Below, piece after piece: positions 36,990 through 45,948 of a DNA stretch of 64,000 bases. Each line of letters opens with the position of its first letter. Within the stretch, counting starts at the first letter, position 1. This DNA is from an uncultured Candidatus Saccharibacteria bacterium (GTDB lineage: Bacteria > Patescibacteriota > Minisyncoccia > RBG-13-40-8-A). The notes beneath the pieces were generated by a model, which had not been told where the DNA came from, ran no database searches, and saw only the letters and a program-made list of their open reading frames with translations. The position numbers were made by a program, and so were the translations under genes. The stretch covers positions 553,787 to 617,786 of the forward strand of contig OZ246412.1 in NCBI GenBank assembly GCA_965231075.1, written 5' to 3'.

Positions 36990-37214
36990 TTATTTTACTG
37001 GGTCAACCCCACCGCGATTAAACGGATTACAACGCAAAATTCTTTTTATGCCCATCGCGGAACCCTTAAATGTTCCATGTTTTTTTAGTGACTGACAAAA
37101 ATACTCGGAGCAAGAAGGATAAAACCTACAACCACAGGAGGGATTGATTTTAACAATAACCCTAGAAACACTTTTTTGATACAGCTTTATTAAACTCAAA
37201 ATTAAATATTTCAT
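36990..37214 (-). CDS. yidD: Membrane protein insertion efficiency factor YidD
   Basis: CRFYPSCSEY...RILRCNPFNRGGVDPV is the YidD signature. Confidence 0.8.
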   Translation of the reverse strand: MKYLILSLIKLYQKSVSRVIVKINPSCGCRFYPSCSEYFCQSLKKHGTFKGSAMGIKRILRCNPFNRGGVDPVK

Positions 37215-37515
37215 TTAGATCTTGTTTTATTTCTTGAAAGCTTCTTTCGCAAATTTGAGGCTTAGCAATAACGACGAAATCAAAGCCCGGCGCTAATTCT
37301 ATTCCCTTAATAATTTCTCTAATCTGCCTTTTGATTTTATTCCTTTTGACGGCCTTCTTAGATACTTTTAGACTAACCACTGTAGTAAATCGATTGTTCT
37401 TTGATTCGTTTCTCGCGACCCTTATTAAAATCAAACGACCAGCAATTGTTTTGCCGCCCCTAAAAACCTTGTTAATATCACTCTTTTTTCTTAAGCGATT
37501 TTCCGAAGAAAGCAT
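37162..37515 (-). CDS. rnpA: RNase P protein component
   Basis: RLRKKSDINKVFRGGKTIAGRLILIRVARN...VKRNKIKRQIREII is an RnpA signature; preceded by rpmH. Confidence 0.85.
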   Translation of the reverse strand: MLSSENRLRKKSDINKVFRGGKTIAGRLILIRVARNESKNNRFTTVVSLKVSKKAVKRNKIKRQIREIIKGIELAPGFDFVVIAKPQICERSFQEIKQDLNEIFNFEFNKAVSKKCF

Positions 37516-37517
37516 CT

Positions 37518-37661
37518 TTATGCGCTTATTTTTTTTCTGTTCTTCTGTTTTCTCCTCTTAAGGACTCTCCTGCCATTCTTGGTTCTCATTCTTACTCTGA
37601 AGCCGTGTGTTTTGCTTCTCTTCCTTTTTTTTGGTTTATATGTTAATCCTTGTTGTGCCAT
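37518..37661 (-). CDS. rpmH: 50S ribosomal protein L34 (not in the ORF track; below its size cutoff)
   Basis: Manual translation of the minus strand gives [47 protein letters not shown], the canonical L34 sequence. Confidence 0.85.
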   Translation of the reverse strand: MAQQGLTYKPKKRKRSKTHGFRVRMRTKNGRRVLKRRKQKNRKKISA

Positions 37662-37798
37662 ATGATTTAGCTTAACAATAAATAAAGACTAGGTCAATCA
37701 GACCCCACTAAATCAATTAACAGATAATACACATTTTATTCACAAAAATGACTATTGATTTTGTTTTTGTTGTATAAATTTCGTGATATAATTTGACT

Positions 37799-39175
37799 AT
37801 GACCAATCATGAATTATGGCAATCTGTATTAAGCGAAATTGAGCTTTCTATCTCAAAAGCTAATTTTGTGACCTGGTTTAAAAATACACACATTTTATCT
37901 CAAAAGGATGGCAAGGTTATTGTTGGTGTGCCAAACGGATTCACTAAAGAGTGGCTGGAAAATAAATATAACAAGATTATTTTTAAGGCGCTGAGAAGCT
38001 CCCTGGGCAGAGTTAAGAGCGTAAGTTATGTCATCGCGTCCAACACCAAACCATCCCCCGAAAAAACTACCAAAAAAGAAGACAAAAAAGAAAAAAAACC
38101 GATAATTGTTAAGGAGCAACTAGACATACAGGAATATAAAACCAACGAAAACACCAACCTTAATCCACGCTATACATTTGATTCATTTGTGGTCGCATCG
38201 TTTAATGAGCTGGCCCACGCAGCAGCTAGATCAGTGGTAAACGATTTGGGCAAAATTTACAACCCCTTGTTTATTTACGGCGGAGTCGGTGTGGGAAAAA
38301 CACATTTAATGCAAGCTATCGGTAATGAAATCTATAAAACCAAAAGCAAGAATATTGTTTACTTGTCTTCGGAAAAGTTTAGCGCCGACCTTATCTCCTC
38401 CATCTCTGAAGGGAAGGTAGAGCAATTCAAAGAAAAATATAGAAAGGCCGATGTTTTAATCATTGATGATATTCAATTTCTGGCGGGGAAAGAAAAGACT
38501 CAAGAAATATTCTTTCACACGTTTAATAGTTTGTATGAAAAAAACAAACAAATTATTTTATCCAGTGATCGACCACCCAAGGCCATCCCCACCCTTGAAG
38601 AACGCCTAAGATCACGTTTTGAGGGCGGAATGATCGCCGATATTAGTATGCCCGATTTTGAGACCAGATTAGTGATATTAAAGAAAAAGGCCCAAGAAAT
38701 CGGCATTGAATTATCTGATGAGGCACTAAGCTATATTGCATCTAATGTCCAAAGAAATATTCGGGAATTGGAGGGCGCATTAAATCGAGTGGTGGCATTT
38801 ATTAGAATGAACAACACTATCCCAAACCAGAAACAGCTTATTAAAATATTGAAAACCGTTATCTCTAATCCACAAAAAAGAACTAACTATAAAAAAATAG
38901 CTGAAATTGTTGCCGAGTTTTATGATATTAATGTTAATGAATTAATTAATAGAAGCAGGAAACAAGAAGTTGTTAGGCCTCGCCAAATAGCAATGTATCT
39001 GATGCGCGAGGAATTAAAAAGTTCATATCCTTTTATTGGATCTAAATTAGGAGGAAGAGATCACACTACTGCAATTTATGCTTGTGAAAAAATTGCCAAA
39101 GAAAAAGACATAGATAATGAATTAGAACAAGATTTAAATTTAATAAAAGAAAGACTGTATAGTGAATCAATATAA
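37799..39175 (+). CDS. dnaA: Chromosomal replication initiator DnaA
   Basis: Walker A GGVGVGKTHL, AAA+ motifs, C-terminal DnaA box-binding domain (KSSYPFIGSKLGGRDHTTAIYA). The ORF track starts at a TTG at 37793; the ATG at 37799 is preferred. Confidence 0.95.
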   Translation: MTNHELWQSVLSEIELSISKANFVTWFKNTHILSQKDGKVIVGVPNGFTKEWLENKYNKIIFKALRSSLGRVKSVSYVIASNTKPSPEKTTKKEDKKEKKPIIVKEQLDIQEYKTNENTNLNPRYTFDSFVVASFNELAHAAARSVVNDLGKIYNPLFIYGGVGVGKTHLMQAIGNEIYKTKSKNIVYLSSEKFSADLISSISEGKVEQFKEKYRKADVLIIDDIQFLAGKEKTQEIFFHTFNSLYEKNKQIILSSDRPPKAIPTLEERLRSRFEGGMIADISMPDFETRLVILKKKAQEIGIELSDEALSYIASNVQRNIRELEGALNRVVAFIRMNNTIPNQKQLIKILKTVISNPQKRTNYKKIAEIVAEFYDINVNELINRSRKQEVVRPRQIAMYLMREELKSSYPFIGSKLGGRDHTTAIYACEKIAKEKDIDNELEQDLNLIKERLYSESI

Positions 39176-39385
39176 TATTAATTTGTTAATAAGTAGTAGA
39201 TTAAGTTGTTTATAAAATTAAGGTTTAGAAATTTTACACAAATTAATAAGGTTTTTTAAGTTTATTATTCATACTATTTTACACATAATTTATTTAATTT
39301 TATATAGTATAAAAATAAGTTTTCCACAAAAAATTAAAACATAATAATAGTAATAATTTTTATTTATTAATTAATTATTAAATAT
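39176..39385. promoter_or_regulatory. Candidate oriC: AT-rich dnaA-dnaN spacer with DnaA-box-like motifs
   Basis: 210 bp at ~15% GC; three TTTTMCACA-type boxes (ttttacacaaat, attttacacata, ttttccacaaaa) and long A/T tracts (DUE-like). Confidence 0.5.
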
Positions 39386-40501
39386 ATGAAATTAATTTGT
39401 CTTCAAGAAAATTTAAAAAAAGGATTAAATAATATTTCCAATATAACTGGAAAGAATCTAACTCTACCAATTTTAAATAATATTTTATTTAATGTTGATA
39501 AAAAACAATTAAAACTATCAACCACAGACCTAGAAATGGCAATTACTAGTGATATACCTTGTAAGATAGAAAAAGAAGGAAGTATAACTATTCCTGCTAA
39601 ATTATTAGTTAATTTTATTAATAATCTTCCTAATAAAAAAATAGAAATAAACGTAAAAAATAATATAATATTTTTAAAATGCGAAAATTATAATTCTAAT
39701 ATTAAAGGATTAGATTCAAAAGATTTTCCAATTATTCCTAAGATTAAAAACGAACCAATTATTGAAATAGATTCTTATGAATTTAAAAACGCATTAGAAC
39801 AAATTATTAATTTTACATCTATATCTGATATTCGACCAGAAATTTCAGGAATTTTATTAGACCTTAATAATGATAAAAAAATAAAATTTGTTGCTACAGA
39901 TAGTTTTAGATTGGGAGAAAAAATATTAACCATTAAAAATCACAAAATCAAAAAAAATAATTTAGGTTTAATAATAATCCCCTTAAAAACGGCACAAGAA
40001 GTTATAAAAATAATTTCCAATTATGAAAACTGTGAATTAAAAATTAATATTGAAAATAATCAAATTTTATTTAATTTACCAGAAACACAAATAATTTCAA
40101 GACTAATTGAGGGAAATTATCCTAATTATCAACAACTTATATCTAAACAATTCGACACCACAGTTACAATATTAAGAGAAGAATTAATTAAGGCGGTAAA
40201 AATCAGTAGCCTATTTAGCAGCAAAATAAACGATATAAGATTAAAGGTAAACACCAAAAAATCAGAAATAGAAATTTTCTCACAAGACGCCGAACTAGGA
40301 GAAAACTCAGCCGAGATAAAAGGAGATGTAAGTGGCAAGGATTTAGAAATAATTTTTAATCACAAATATTTATTAGACGGACTGAATAATATTAATTCTG
40401 AAAAGATAATTATCGGTTTTAATGGAGATACAAGTCCGGGAATTATAAGACCAGAAGGAAAGGATGACTTTTTGTATATAATTATGCCGATTAAGTTGTA
40501 G
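39386..40501 (+). CDS. dnaN: DNA polymerase III beta sliding clamp
   Basis: 371 aa, immediately after dnaA; three-domain clamp length; N-terminal MKLICLQENLKKGLNNIS matches the DnaN start pattern. Confidence 0.88.
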   Translation: MKLICLQENLKKGLNNISNITGKNLTLPILNNILFNVDKKQLKLSTTDLEMAITSDIPCKIEKEGSITIPAKLLVNFINNLPNKKIEINVKNNIIFLKCENYNSNIKGLDSKDFPIIPKIKNEPIIEIDSYEFKNALEQIINFTSISDIRPEISGILLDLNNDKKIKFVATDSFRLGEKILTIKNHKIKKNNLGLIIIPLKTAQEVIKIISNYENCELKINIENNQILFNLPETQIISRLIEGNYPNYQQLISKQFDTTVTILREELIKAVKISSLFSSKINDIRLKVNTKKSEIEIFSQDAELGENSAEIKGDVSGKDLEIIFNHKYLLDGLNNINSEKIIIGFNGDTSPGIIRPEGKDDFLYIIMPIKL

Positions 40502-40502
40502 T

Positions 40503-40781
40503 ATGCAACACATTAAATCAATAATTATAAACAAAACGGCAAATCGCATAGTTCAAAAAGTTGATAACAATATTGTCTGTAAAGAAGTAGAAAAAATGAT
40601 AAAACAAAAAAGTGTCGAGGAATTCGAGACACTTTTTTATAAAAACAAAAACATCTATATTAGATGTTTTAATGCAGCAACGGCCAACGAAATAAGTTTA
40701 ATACAGGAAGAGATAAAGCAGGAAATAAACGATTTATTTAAAAAGACGGTGTTAAATCGAATAATTATCAAAATCGATTAA
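40503..40781 (+). CDS. Hypothetical small protein (92 aa) downstream of dnaN
   Basis: ORF only; tight spacing after dnaN. Confidence 0.35.
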   Translation: MQHIKSIIINKTANRIVQKVDNNIVCKEVEKMIKQKSVEEFETLFYKNKNIYIRCFNAATANEISLIQEEIKQEINDLFKKTVLNRIIIKID

Positions 40782-43156
40782 TAATTATAGTTCGTCGTAT
40801 TTCCGTTGTCATATTCTTGCGGTAGTGGTAAATTGTAAAGATACCCGTCGTTTAATGTGTTGATCCAGTTTAATATTGGTTGTTCCCAGTTAATAAATTG
40901 AGAGTCGTCTCGCCCATTAGTATCTTCTAGTGGGTTTTCTTTATTTAGATAATACAAGATTGAATGGATTTGGGGATAAGCTCTTTCTTCGATCATGTCA
41001 AAAGGAGTGAGATTAGTTGCCAATTTTCCGTTGAATTTATTTACTCTAACAATCAGTTCATTGATATATAAACCATTAAGGACGTTTTTGTTGGTTATTA
41101 TGGGTTCTGGCTTAATAAACTCTTCGGCTTGTTGTGGCAGGTTGAAATAATTATCTGGTTTTGTGGAATTTTGTAATTCCTGTTTTTTGGCATATGATTT
41201 TTTAATAAATTCGTTCCAGATAGGAGCAGCAATTACGGCCCCAGGCTCTTTATTTATTGGGGTGTTGTCATTATTCCCTGTCCAAACGCCAACAGCTATT
41301 GATGGTGTATACCCAACAGTCCAACCATCTCGATAATCTTGTGTGGTGCCAGTTTTAGCAGCTGCAGGAATTCCTTCGATATGCAAGTAAGAATTTCTAC
41401 CAAAAATAGGAGCGCGATAATCCTCAGAAGAGAGAATTTCTGAAATCATGCGTGCAATTTGTGGTTCAATCACTTTTTGGGGCTTGTTCTGATATTCTTC
41501 AATAATCTCATTACGATTATTTTCTATGCGCAAAATTCCTTGGATAGAGTTCTTAACGCCATCATTAGCGAATACTCCAAAAGCAGCAGTTTCCTCTAAT
41601 AATTTAACCTCTCCTCCGCCCAAGACCAATGACAAACCAAAACGTGATCGATCTTTTAATGTCTCAATTCCCATATCCTGAGCCAGATTAATGGTTTCGT
41701 TCACTCCTGCTAAATAAAGTGTTTTTACTGATGGAATGTTTAATGATTGAGCCAAAGATTCTTTAAGTGATATCGGTCCACGGAATTTTCCGTCGTAATT
41801 TTTAGGGTGATAACAATCTAGTCCATATTGGTCTTTTTCTTGGCTTGCATCTGAAGAGCAATTAGGATTAAATTCTGTTTTAAGATCAAACAGTATTGTG
41901 TCTAGAGTAAACCCCTTTTTAAATGCCATGGCATAGGCAAACGGCTTAAATGAAGAGCCAGGTTGTCTGGGCCTGGTAGTTACATTAACATTGGGCTCAA
42001 ATAGGCAATTTTTCCCCGGTGTACACCCCTTCGGGTAAGATTCTGCCCAATAATCCTTGGATCCGACCATGGCCAAAATTTGGCCTGTTTTAGGATCTAT
42101 TGCTGATAGTGCTGCGTTTTGAGCATTGAATTTCTTGCCGTTTGTGTCAGCAATATTTTTGATAGCTTGTTCGGCAATTTGTTGTAGGTCCCAATCGAGG
42201 GTTGTGTAAACCTTTAATCCGGCAGTTTCGATGTAGTCTTGACCGTATTTGTTTTCTAAATATTCTTTAATGTACATCACAAAATGCGGAGCTTTGAAAC
42301 TAGAACGAATAGGCAAAAAAACTAGTTTCTCGCTTTTTGCATTATTGTATTGCTCGGCATTGATATAGCCGAGATCGTTCATCCTTTTCAAAACGTATTC
42401 TTGGCGTGCTTTAGTGGTATCAAAATGCGATCCATAGGGAGAATAATAACTTGGCGCTTGTGTTAGGGCTGCCAACAATGCCGATTCTGCCAAAGTTAAA
42501 TTTCGAGCATTCTTACCAAAAAACGTTTGTGCTGCCGCCTCTACGCCATAAGCATTAGAACCATAGGGGACCTGATTAAGATAAAATCCGAGGATTTCAT
42601 CTTTGGTGTATTTGATTTCTAATTCAATTGCCAAAACCGCTTCTTTAATTTTTCTAACGTAAGTTTTTTCGGATGTTAAAATTGCATTCTTAACGAATTG
42701 TTGAGTAATTGTTGATCCGCCAACGCTGGTTTTAGTTCCTAGGACGGTTTTTCCGATAAGATTGCTAATCACGGACCTGGCAACCCCTTTCAAGTCGATT
42801 CCGAAATGATGATAAAAATTATTATCCTCAATAGCAATCGTAGCGTCTTTAATGTACTGAGGCATGTCCCCAAACGGAATAATAGTTCTCTTTTCTTCTC
42901 CGTGTACATCATATAATATTATTTCTCCCGTACGGTCATATATTTTAGTTGATTCGCTAACCGTTCTCTGGGTTAAGCTCTCGGGGCTAGGAAGGTCCTT
43001 CATAAAGAATGCGAAAGTAAGTACAATAATCAGAAACAAGATAATAAACAGCCAAATTAAAACACTGAATTTGGCTTTTGCAAATTTTATCCAACGCGAA
43101 TAAAATCTATCTTTAATGTTTTTATATGACTCCAATTTTGGCATACCTATAAACAA
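40778..43156 (-). CDS. Class A penicillin-binding protein (PBP1A: transglycosylase + transpeptidase)
   Basis: N-terminal TM; glycosyltransferase motif GGSTITQQFVKN; transpeptidase motifs SSFKPF (SxxK) and KTGT. Confidence 0.9.
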   Translation of the reverse strand: MFIGMPKLESYKNIKDRFYSRWIKFAKAKFSVLIWLFIILFLIIVLTFAFFMKDLPSPESLTQRTVSESTKIYDRTGEIILYDVHGEEKRTIIPFGDMPQYIKDATIAIEDNNFYHHFGIDLKGVARSVISNLIGKTVLGTKTSVGGSTITQQFVKNAILTSEKTYVRKIKEAVLAIELEIKYTKDEILGFYLNQVPYGSNAYGVEAAAQTFFGKNARNLTLAESALLAALTQAPSYYSPYGSHFDTTKARQEYVLKRMNDLGYINAEQYNNAKSEKLVFLPIRSSFKAPHFVMYIKEYLENKYGQDYIETAGLKVYTTLDWDLQQIAEQAIKNIADTNGKKFNAQNAALSAIDPKTGQILAMVGSKDYWAESYPKGCTPGKNCLFEPNVNVTTRPRQPGSSFKPFAYAMAFKKGFTLDTILFDLKTEFNPNCSSDASQEKDQYGLDCYHPKNYDGKFRGPISLKESLAQSLNIPSVKTLYLAGVNETINLAQDMGIETLKDRSRFGLSLVLGGGEVKLLEETAAFGVFANDGVKNSIQGILRIENNRNEIIEEYQNKPQKVIEPQIARMISEILSSEDYRAPIFGRNSYLHIEGIPAAAKTGTTQDYRDGWTVGYTPSIAVGVWTGNNDNTPINKEPGAVIAAPIWNEFIKKSYAKKQELQNSTKPDNYFNLPQQAEEFIKPEPIITNKNVLNGLYINELIVRVNKFNGKLATNLTPFDMIEERAYPQIHSILYYLNKENPLEDTNGRDDSQFINWEQPILNWINTLNDGYLYNLPLPQEYDNGNTTNYNY

Positions 43157-43186
43157 TATTACATTTTAATCATAACATTTATTGCT

Positions 43187-43229
43187 CCTAAATTAAAACT
43201 CCTCCAAAATGTGTTGGAGGAGTTTTAAT
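43187..43229. terminator. Bidirectional-capable terminator hairpin
   Basis: aaaactcctccaa-aatgtg-ttggaggagtttt followed by aatttttt. Confidence 0.55.
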
Positions 43230-43241
43230 TTTTTATTTCAC

Positions 43242-43457
43242 CTATTCTTCGTCTCCGTCTTCGTCATCTTCGTCGTCCTCGTCGTCGTCTCCAAGTCCGA
43301 AGTCGTCATCTTCCTCTTTTGTCTCTTCATCGTCGGCACCTTCGATTCCTTCTCCTTCTTCGATCCCGAGGTCTTTATCGTCATCACTTGCATTGTCGTC
43401 TTCGTCTCCGCTGAACGCAAGAATTTTAGAAGTTTCGTCAATGGTTGTTAAAGTCAT
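43242..43457 (-). CDS. Small extremely acidic protein (71 aa, ~50% Asp/Glu), hypothetical
   Basis: ORF with a terminator downstream; an alternative overlapping frame (43238..43441) encodes a basic peptide, so frame choice is uncertain. Confidence 0.35.
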   Translation of the reverse strand: MTLTTIDETSKILAFSGDEDDNASDDDKDLGIEEGEGIEGADDEETKEEDDDFGLGDDDEDDEDDEDGDEE

Positions 43458-43530
43458 GTTGATTACTTCTTAATTGTTATTTACCCCTATTTTAGGGCTA
43501 TGCGTCTTATTATAATTATAAAAAATAGCG

Positions 43531-43605
43531 TGTCAACCCCTGTTAAATAAAAATCTCTGATTTTTGATTTTTGTAACACAAAAATCATTTAACGGGGTCA
43601 ACCCC
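43531..43605. repeat. Long inverted repeat/hairpin between ruvC and the acidic-protein gene
   Basis: gtcaacccctgttaaat ... atttaacggggtcaacccc (~17-bp arms with a ~40-nt loop); the 9-mer gtcaacccc occurs twice. Confidence 0.45.
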
Positions 43606-43607
43606 TT

Positions 43608-44081
43608 TTAGCCAAATTTCACTGAATTTGCGCAACAAATAGCAATCGCCAGAGCGTCGGCGGCATCATCTGGCTTGGGAATTTCTCTTAACCCCAATAA
43701 AACCTTTACCATCTTCTGAACCTGATTTTTTTCCGCTCGACCATAACAAGCAACTGCCTGTTTGATCTGCAAAGGAGTATATTCAGCTATTTTTGTCTTG
43801 GCTTGGGCAATGGTTAAGAGGATTACGCCTCTGGCCTGACTAACTTTGATTGCTGTTTTTAGATTTTTAAAGAAGAAAAGATCTTCCACCGCAACGATAT
43901 CGGGTTTGTGGAGTTTAATTAAATCGGTTAACTCGTTATGAAGTTTTTCTAGTCGTTCAGCAGTAGAAAAGTCGGTAGTTGTCTTAATGCAACCATATTC
44001 GATAAGTTCTAATTTTTTCGGCCCCTTAATTACGCCGTACCCAATTGTCGCTGTTCCCGGATCAATGCCAAGTATAATCAT
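43608..44081 (-). CDS. ruvC: Holliday junction resolvase RuvC
   Basis: MIILGIDPGTATIGYGVI start; RuvC catalytic Asp/Glu pattern; 157 aa. Confidence 0.9.
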   Translation of the reverse strand: MIILGIDPGTATIGYGVIKGPKKLELIEYGCIKTTTDFSTAERLEKLHNELTDLIKLHKPDIVAVEDLFFFKNLKTAIKVSQARGVILLTIAQAKTKIAEYTPLQIKQAVACYGRAEKNQVQKMVKVLLGLREIPKPDDAADALAIAICCANSVKFG

Positions 44082-44085
44082 AAAT

Positions 44086-45204
44086 TTATTGTTTTAATTC
44101 TGTCCTGATTTGTTTTATTTTTTCAATATCTTCAACCGCCCGTTCTATTGTCTTTATTTGTTCGCGTTTTTGATTGTTTTTTTCTTCTGATCCAAAGAAA
44201 ATCATTGCCATGTCTAACATTTTTTCTGCGGACCTGTCCTTTGATTCATAAATTTTTTGCGCGAAGGAACGGAAAAGTTCTTTCGCCTGATCGGGACTAT
44301 CTTTGAATTTAGGTTGCCGTAGTGCCACTTCAAAAATTTGATCGGCGCGCATTTCTGGTGTTAGTTGTTTAGCGATGGTTTCAAAAATTTTACGTGCGAT
44401 TTCAATGTTTATGGAAAATTCATTTTCAAAAACATTCTTAACGTTATCAACGTCTTCTTTTGTAACTCTTCCCGTATCGATAAGTCTTTGAATATCGGTT
44501 ATGTCGTACTTTCTTCCCTGATGCAATTTATAATATAAAACCTTTCCGGGATGAGATAGATTGAGTTGTTTTCCTTTAAATTCAATAGGACAAGATTTTG
44601 CCCATTCTTCAGGGAGGACCACGCCGAATTCTCCTAGTGGTTGTCCGTCTAGATTCTTTTTGACAACATGGACGTCTATAAAATTTAATGATCTGTCTGT
44701 GCGTATCTCCCCGCTTTTATTGATGGCAACTATTTGCATGTTCTCCGTCTCGGAACTTCTAAAGTCCCTGTAATTGACGCGCCTTAACGTTCTATTTCCG
44801 GTTTCATTTTCTGTTCTAGACAAGAACAATCCGTATCCCTTTTCCGCTAGCCATGTTTCAAGAGCAGAAAGGCCTTCCTCTTCAACGGAAATATCAACAT
44901 CTTTATGGTTGCCAATATATTCTCCGTTCAACAATGAAATATTAATAGCTCCATCTATGTGCCAATTTAGCCCAGAATTTTCAAAAACTTCGCCGAGCTC
45001 AATCAACCGTTGATCCATTTTTTCTTTTTGTTCTGGCGTGGCTGGTTTGCGTTTGAAGTTGTCGTCTATGTTTTCTCTGTCAAAAGGTTCCCATGGTGGT
45101 TGTTTTTGCTCAAAAAGTTCTTCGTGATTTTCAGGTTGTTCTGGGCGAGGAGTTCCTTTGTCGGCACTTTCTTGTGCTGGGGTACAATTTTCTTTTAAAT
45201 TCAT
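44086..45204 (-). CDS. Hypothetical protein with a nucleotidyltransferase-fold-like motif
   Basis: hGGxAxxhhxG...DVDISV pattern (WHIDGAINISLLNGEYIGNHKDVDISV); otherwise unrecognised. Confidence 0.35.
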   Translation of the reverse strand: MNLKENCTPAQESADKGTPRPEQPENHEELFEQKQPPWEPFDRENIDDNFKRKPATPEQKEKMDQRLIELGEVFENSGLNWHIDGAINISLLNGEYIGNHKDVDISVEEEGLSALETWLAEKGYGLFLSRTENETGNRTLRRVNYRDFRSSETENMQIVAINKSGEIRTDRSLNFIDVHVVKKNLDGQPLGEFGVVLPEEWAKSCPIEFKGKQLNLSHPGKVLYYKLHQGRKYDITDIQRLIDTGRVTKEDVDNVKNVFENEFSINIEIARKIFETIAKQLTPEMRADQIFEVALRQPKFKDSPDQAKELFRSFAQKIYESKDRSAEKMLDMAMIFFGSEEKNNQKREQIKTIERAVEDIEKIKQIRTELKQ

Positions 45205-45926
45205 AAATTTACGTTTGAATAAATTTCGTTGACATCGTCGTTTTCGTCGAGGGCGTCGAAAAGTTTTTCGATACGCGCCTTCCCCTCTTCGGAAACGTTA
45301 ACTTCGTTTTTTGCAATCCATTCTAATCCCGATTCTTCAATTTCAATATTTTCTTTTTTTAACGCTTCTTTAACTTTTTCTAAATTTTCTGGAGAAGTTT
45401 TTATTTCTAAAATATCCTCTTGTAATTTTATATCTTCCGCTCCGGCATCAATCATCGACAACTCAATTTCTTCAATCGGTTTAGAAATTTTATTCTTATC
45501 AACCCTAATCACACCCATTTGATTAAAATTCCATTTTACACTGCCGTTTTCCGCTAATCTTCCATCAAAAGTGCTTAAAATGTGCCTGATTTCAGAAATT
45601 ACTCTGTTTTTGTTATCGGTGATGACCTCTAGAATGAGCTGGCTCCCTTCTGGGCCATAAGCTTCATAAACAATTTCTTCTAACTGTGTGGCGTCCTTGT
45701 TTTCACCAGAACCCTTTTTGATCGCCCTCTGAATATTGTCGTTGGGCATATTATAGGAACGCGCCTTATCGATAGCCATGCGCAAAGAGGGGTTGGTGAC
45801 TGGGTCGCCACCTTTTCTGGCAGAAATTTCAATAAATTTAGCCATTTTACTAAAAACCTTACCACGTTTTTTATCCATGGCCTCTTTTCGCACTTTTATA
45901 TTTGCCCACTTATTGTGTCCGCTCAT
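45201..45926 (-). CDS. yebC: YebC/PmpR-family transcriptional regulator
   Basis: MSGHNKWANIKVRK...RKGGDPVTNPSLRMAIDKARSYNMP is a YebC signature. Confidence 0.9.
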   Translation of the reverse strand: MSGHNKWANIKVRKEAMDKKRGKVFSKMAKFIEISARKGGDPVTNPSLRMAIDKARSYNMPNDNIQRAIKKGSGENKDATQLEEIVYEAYGPEGSQLILEVITDNKNRVISEIRHILSTFDGRLAENGSVKWNFNQMGVIRVDKNKISKPIEEIELSMIDAGAEDIKLQEDILEIKTSPENLEKVKEALKKENIEIEESGLEWIAKNEVNVSEEGKARIEKLFDALDENDDVNEIYSNVNL

Positions 45927-45948
45927 ATATATAGAGTTTTGCAGAAAT

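Noticed and set aside
43238-43441. Alternative basic 67-aa frame overlapping the acidic-protein ORF
   Set aside because: Mutually exclusive with 43242..43457 on the same strand; neither has decisive signals, so the acidic frame is kept at low confidence and the ambiguity flagged.
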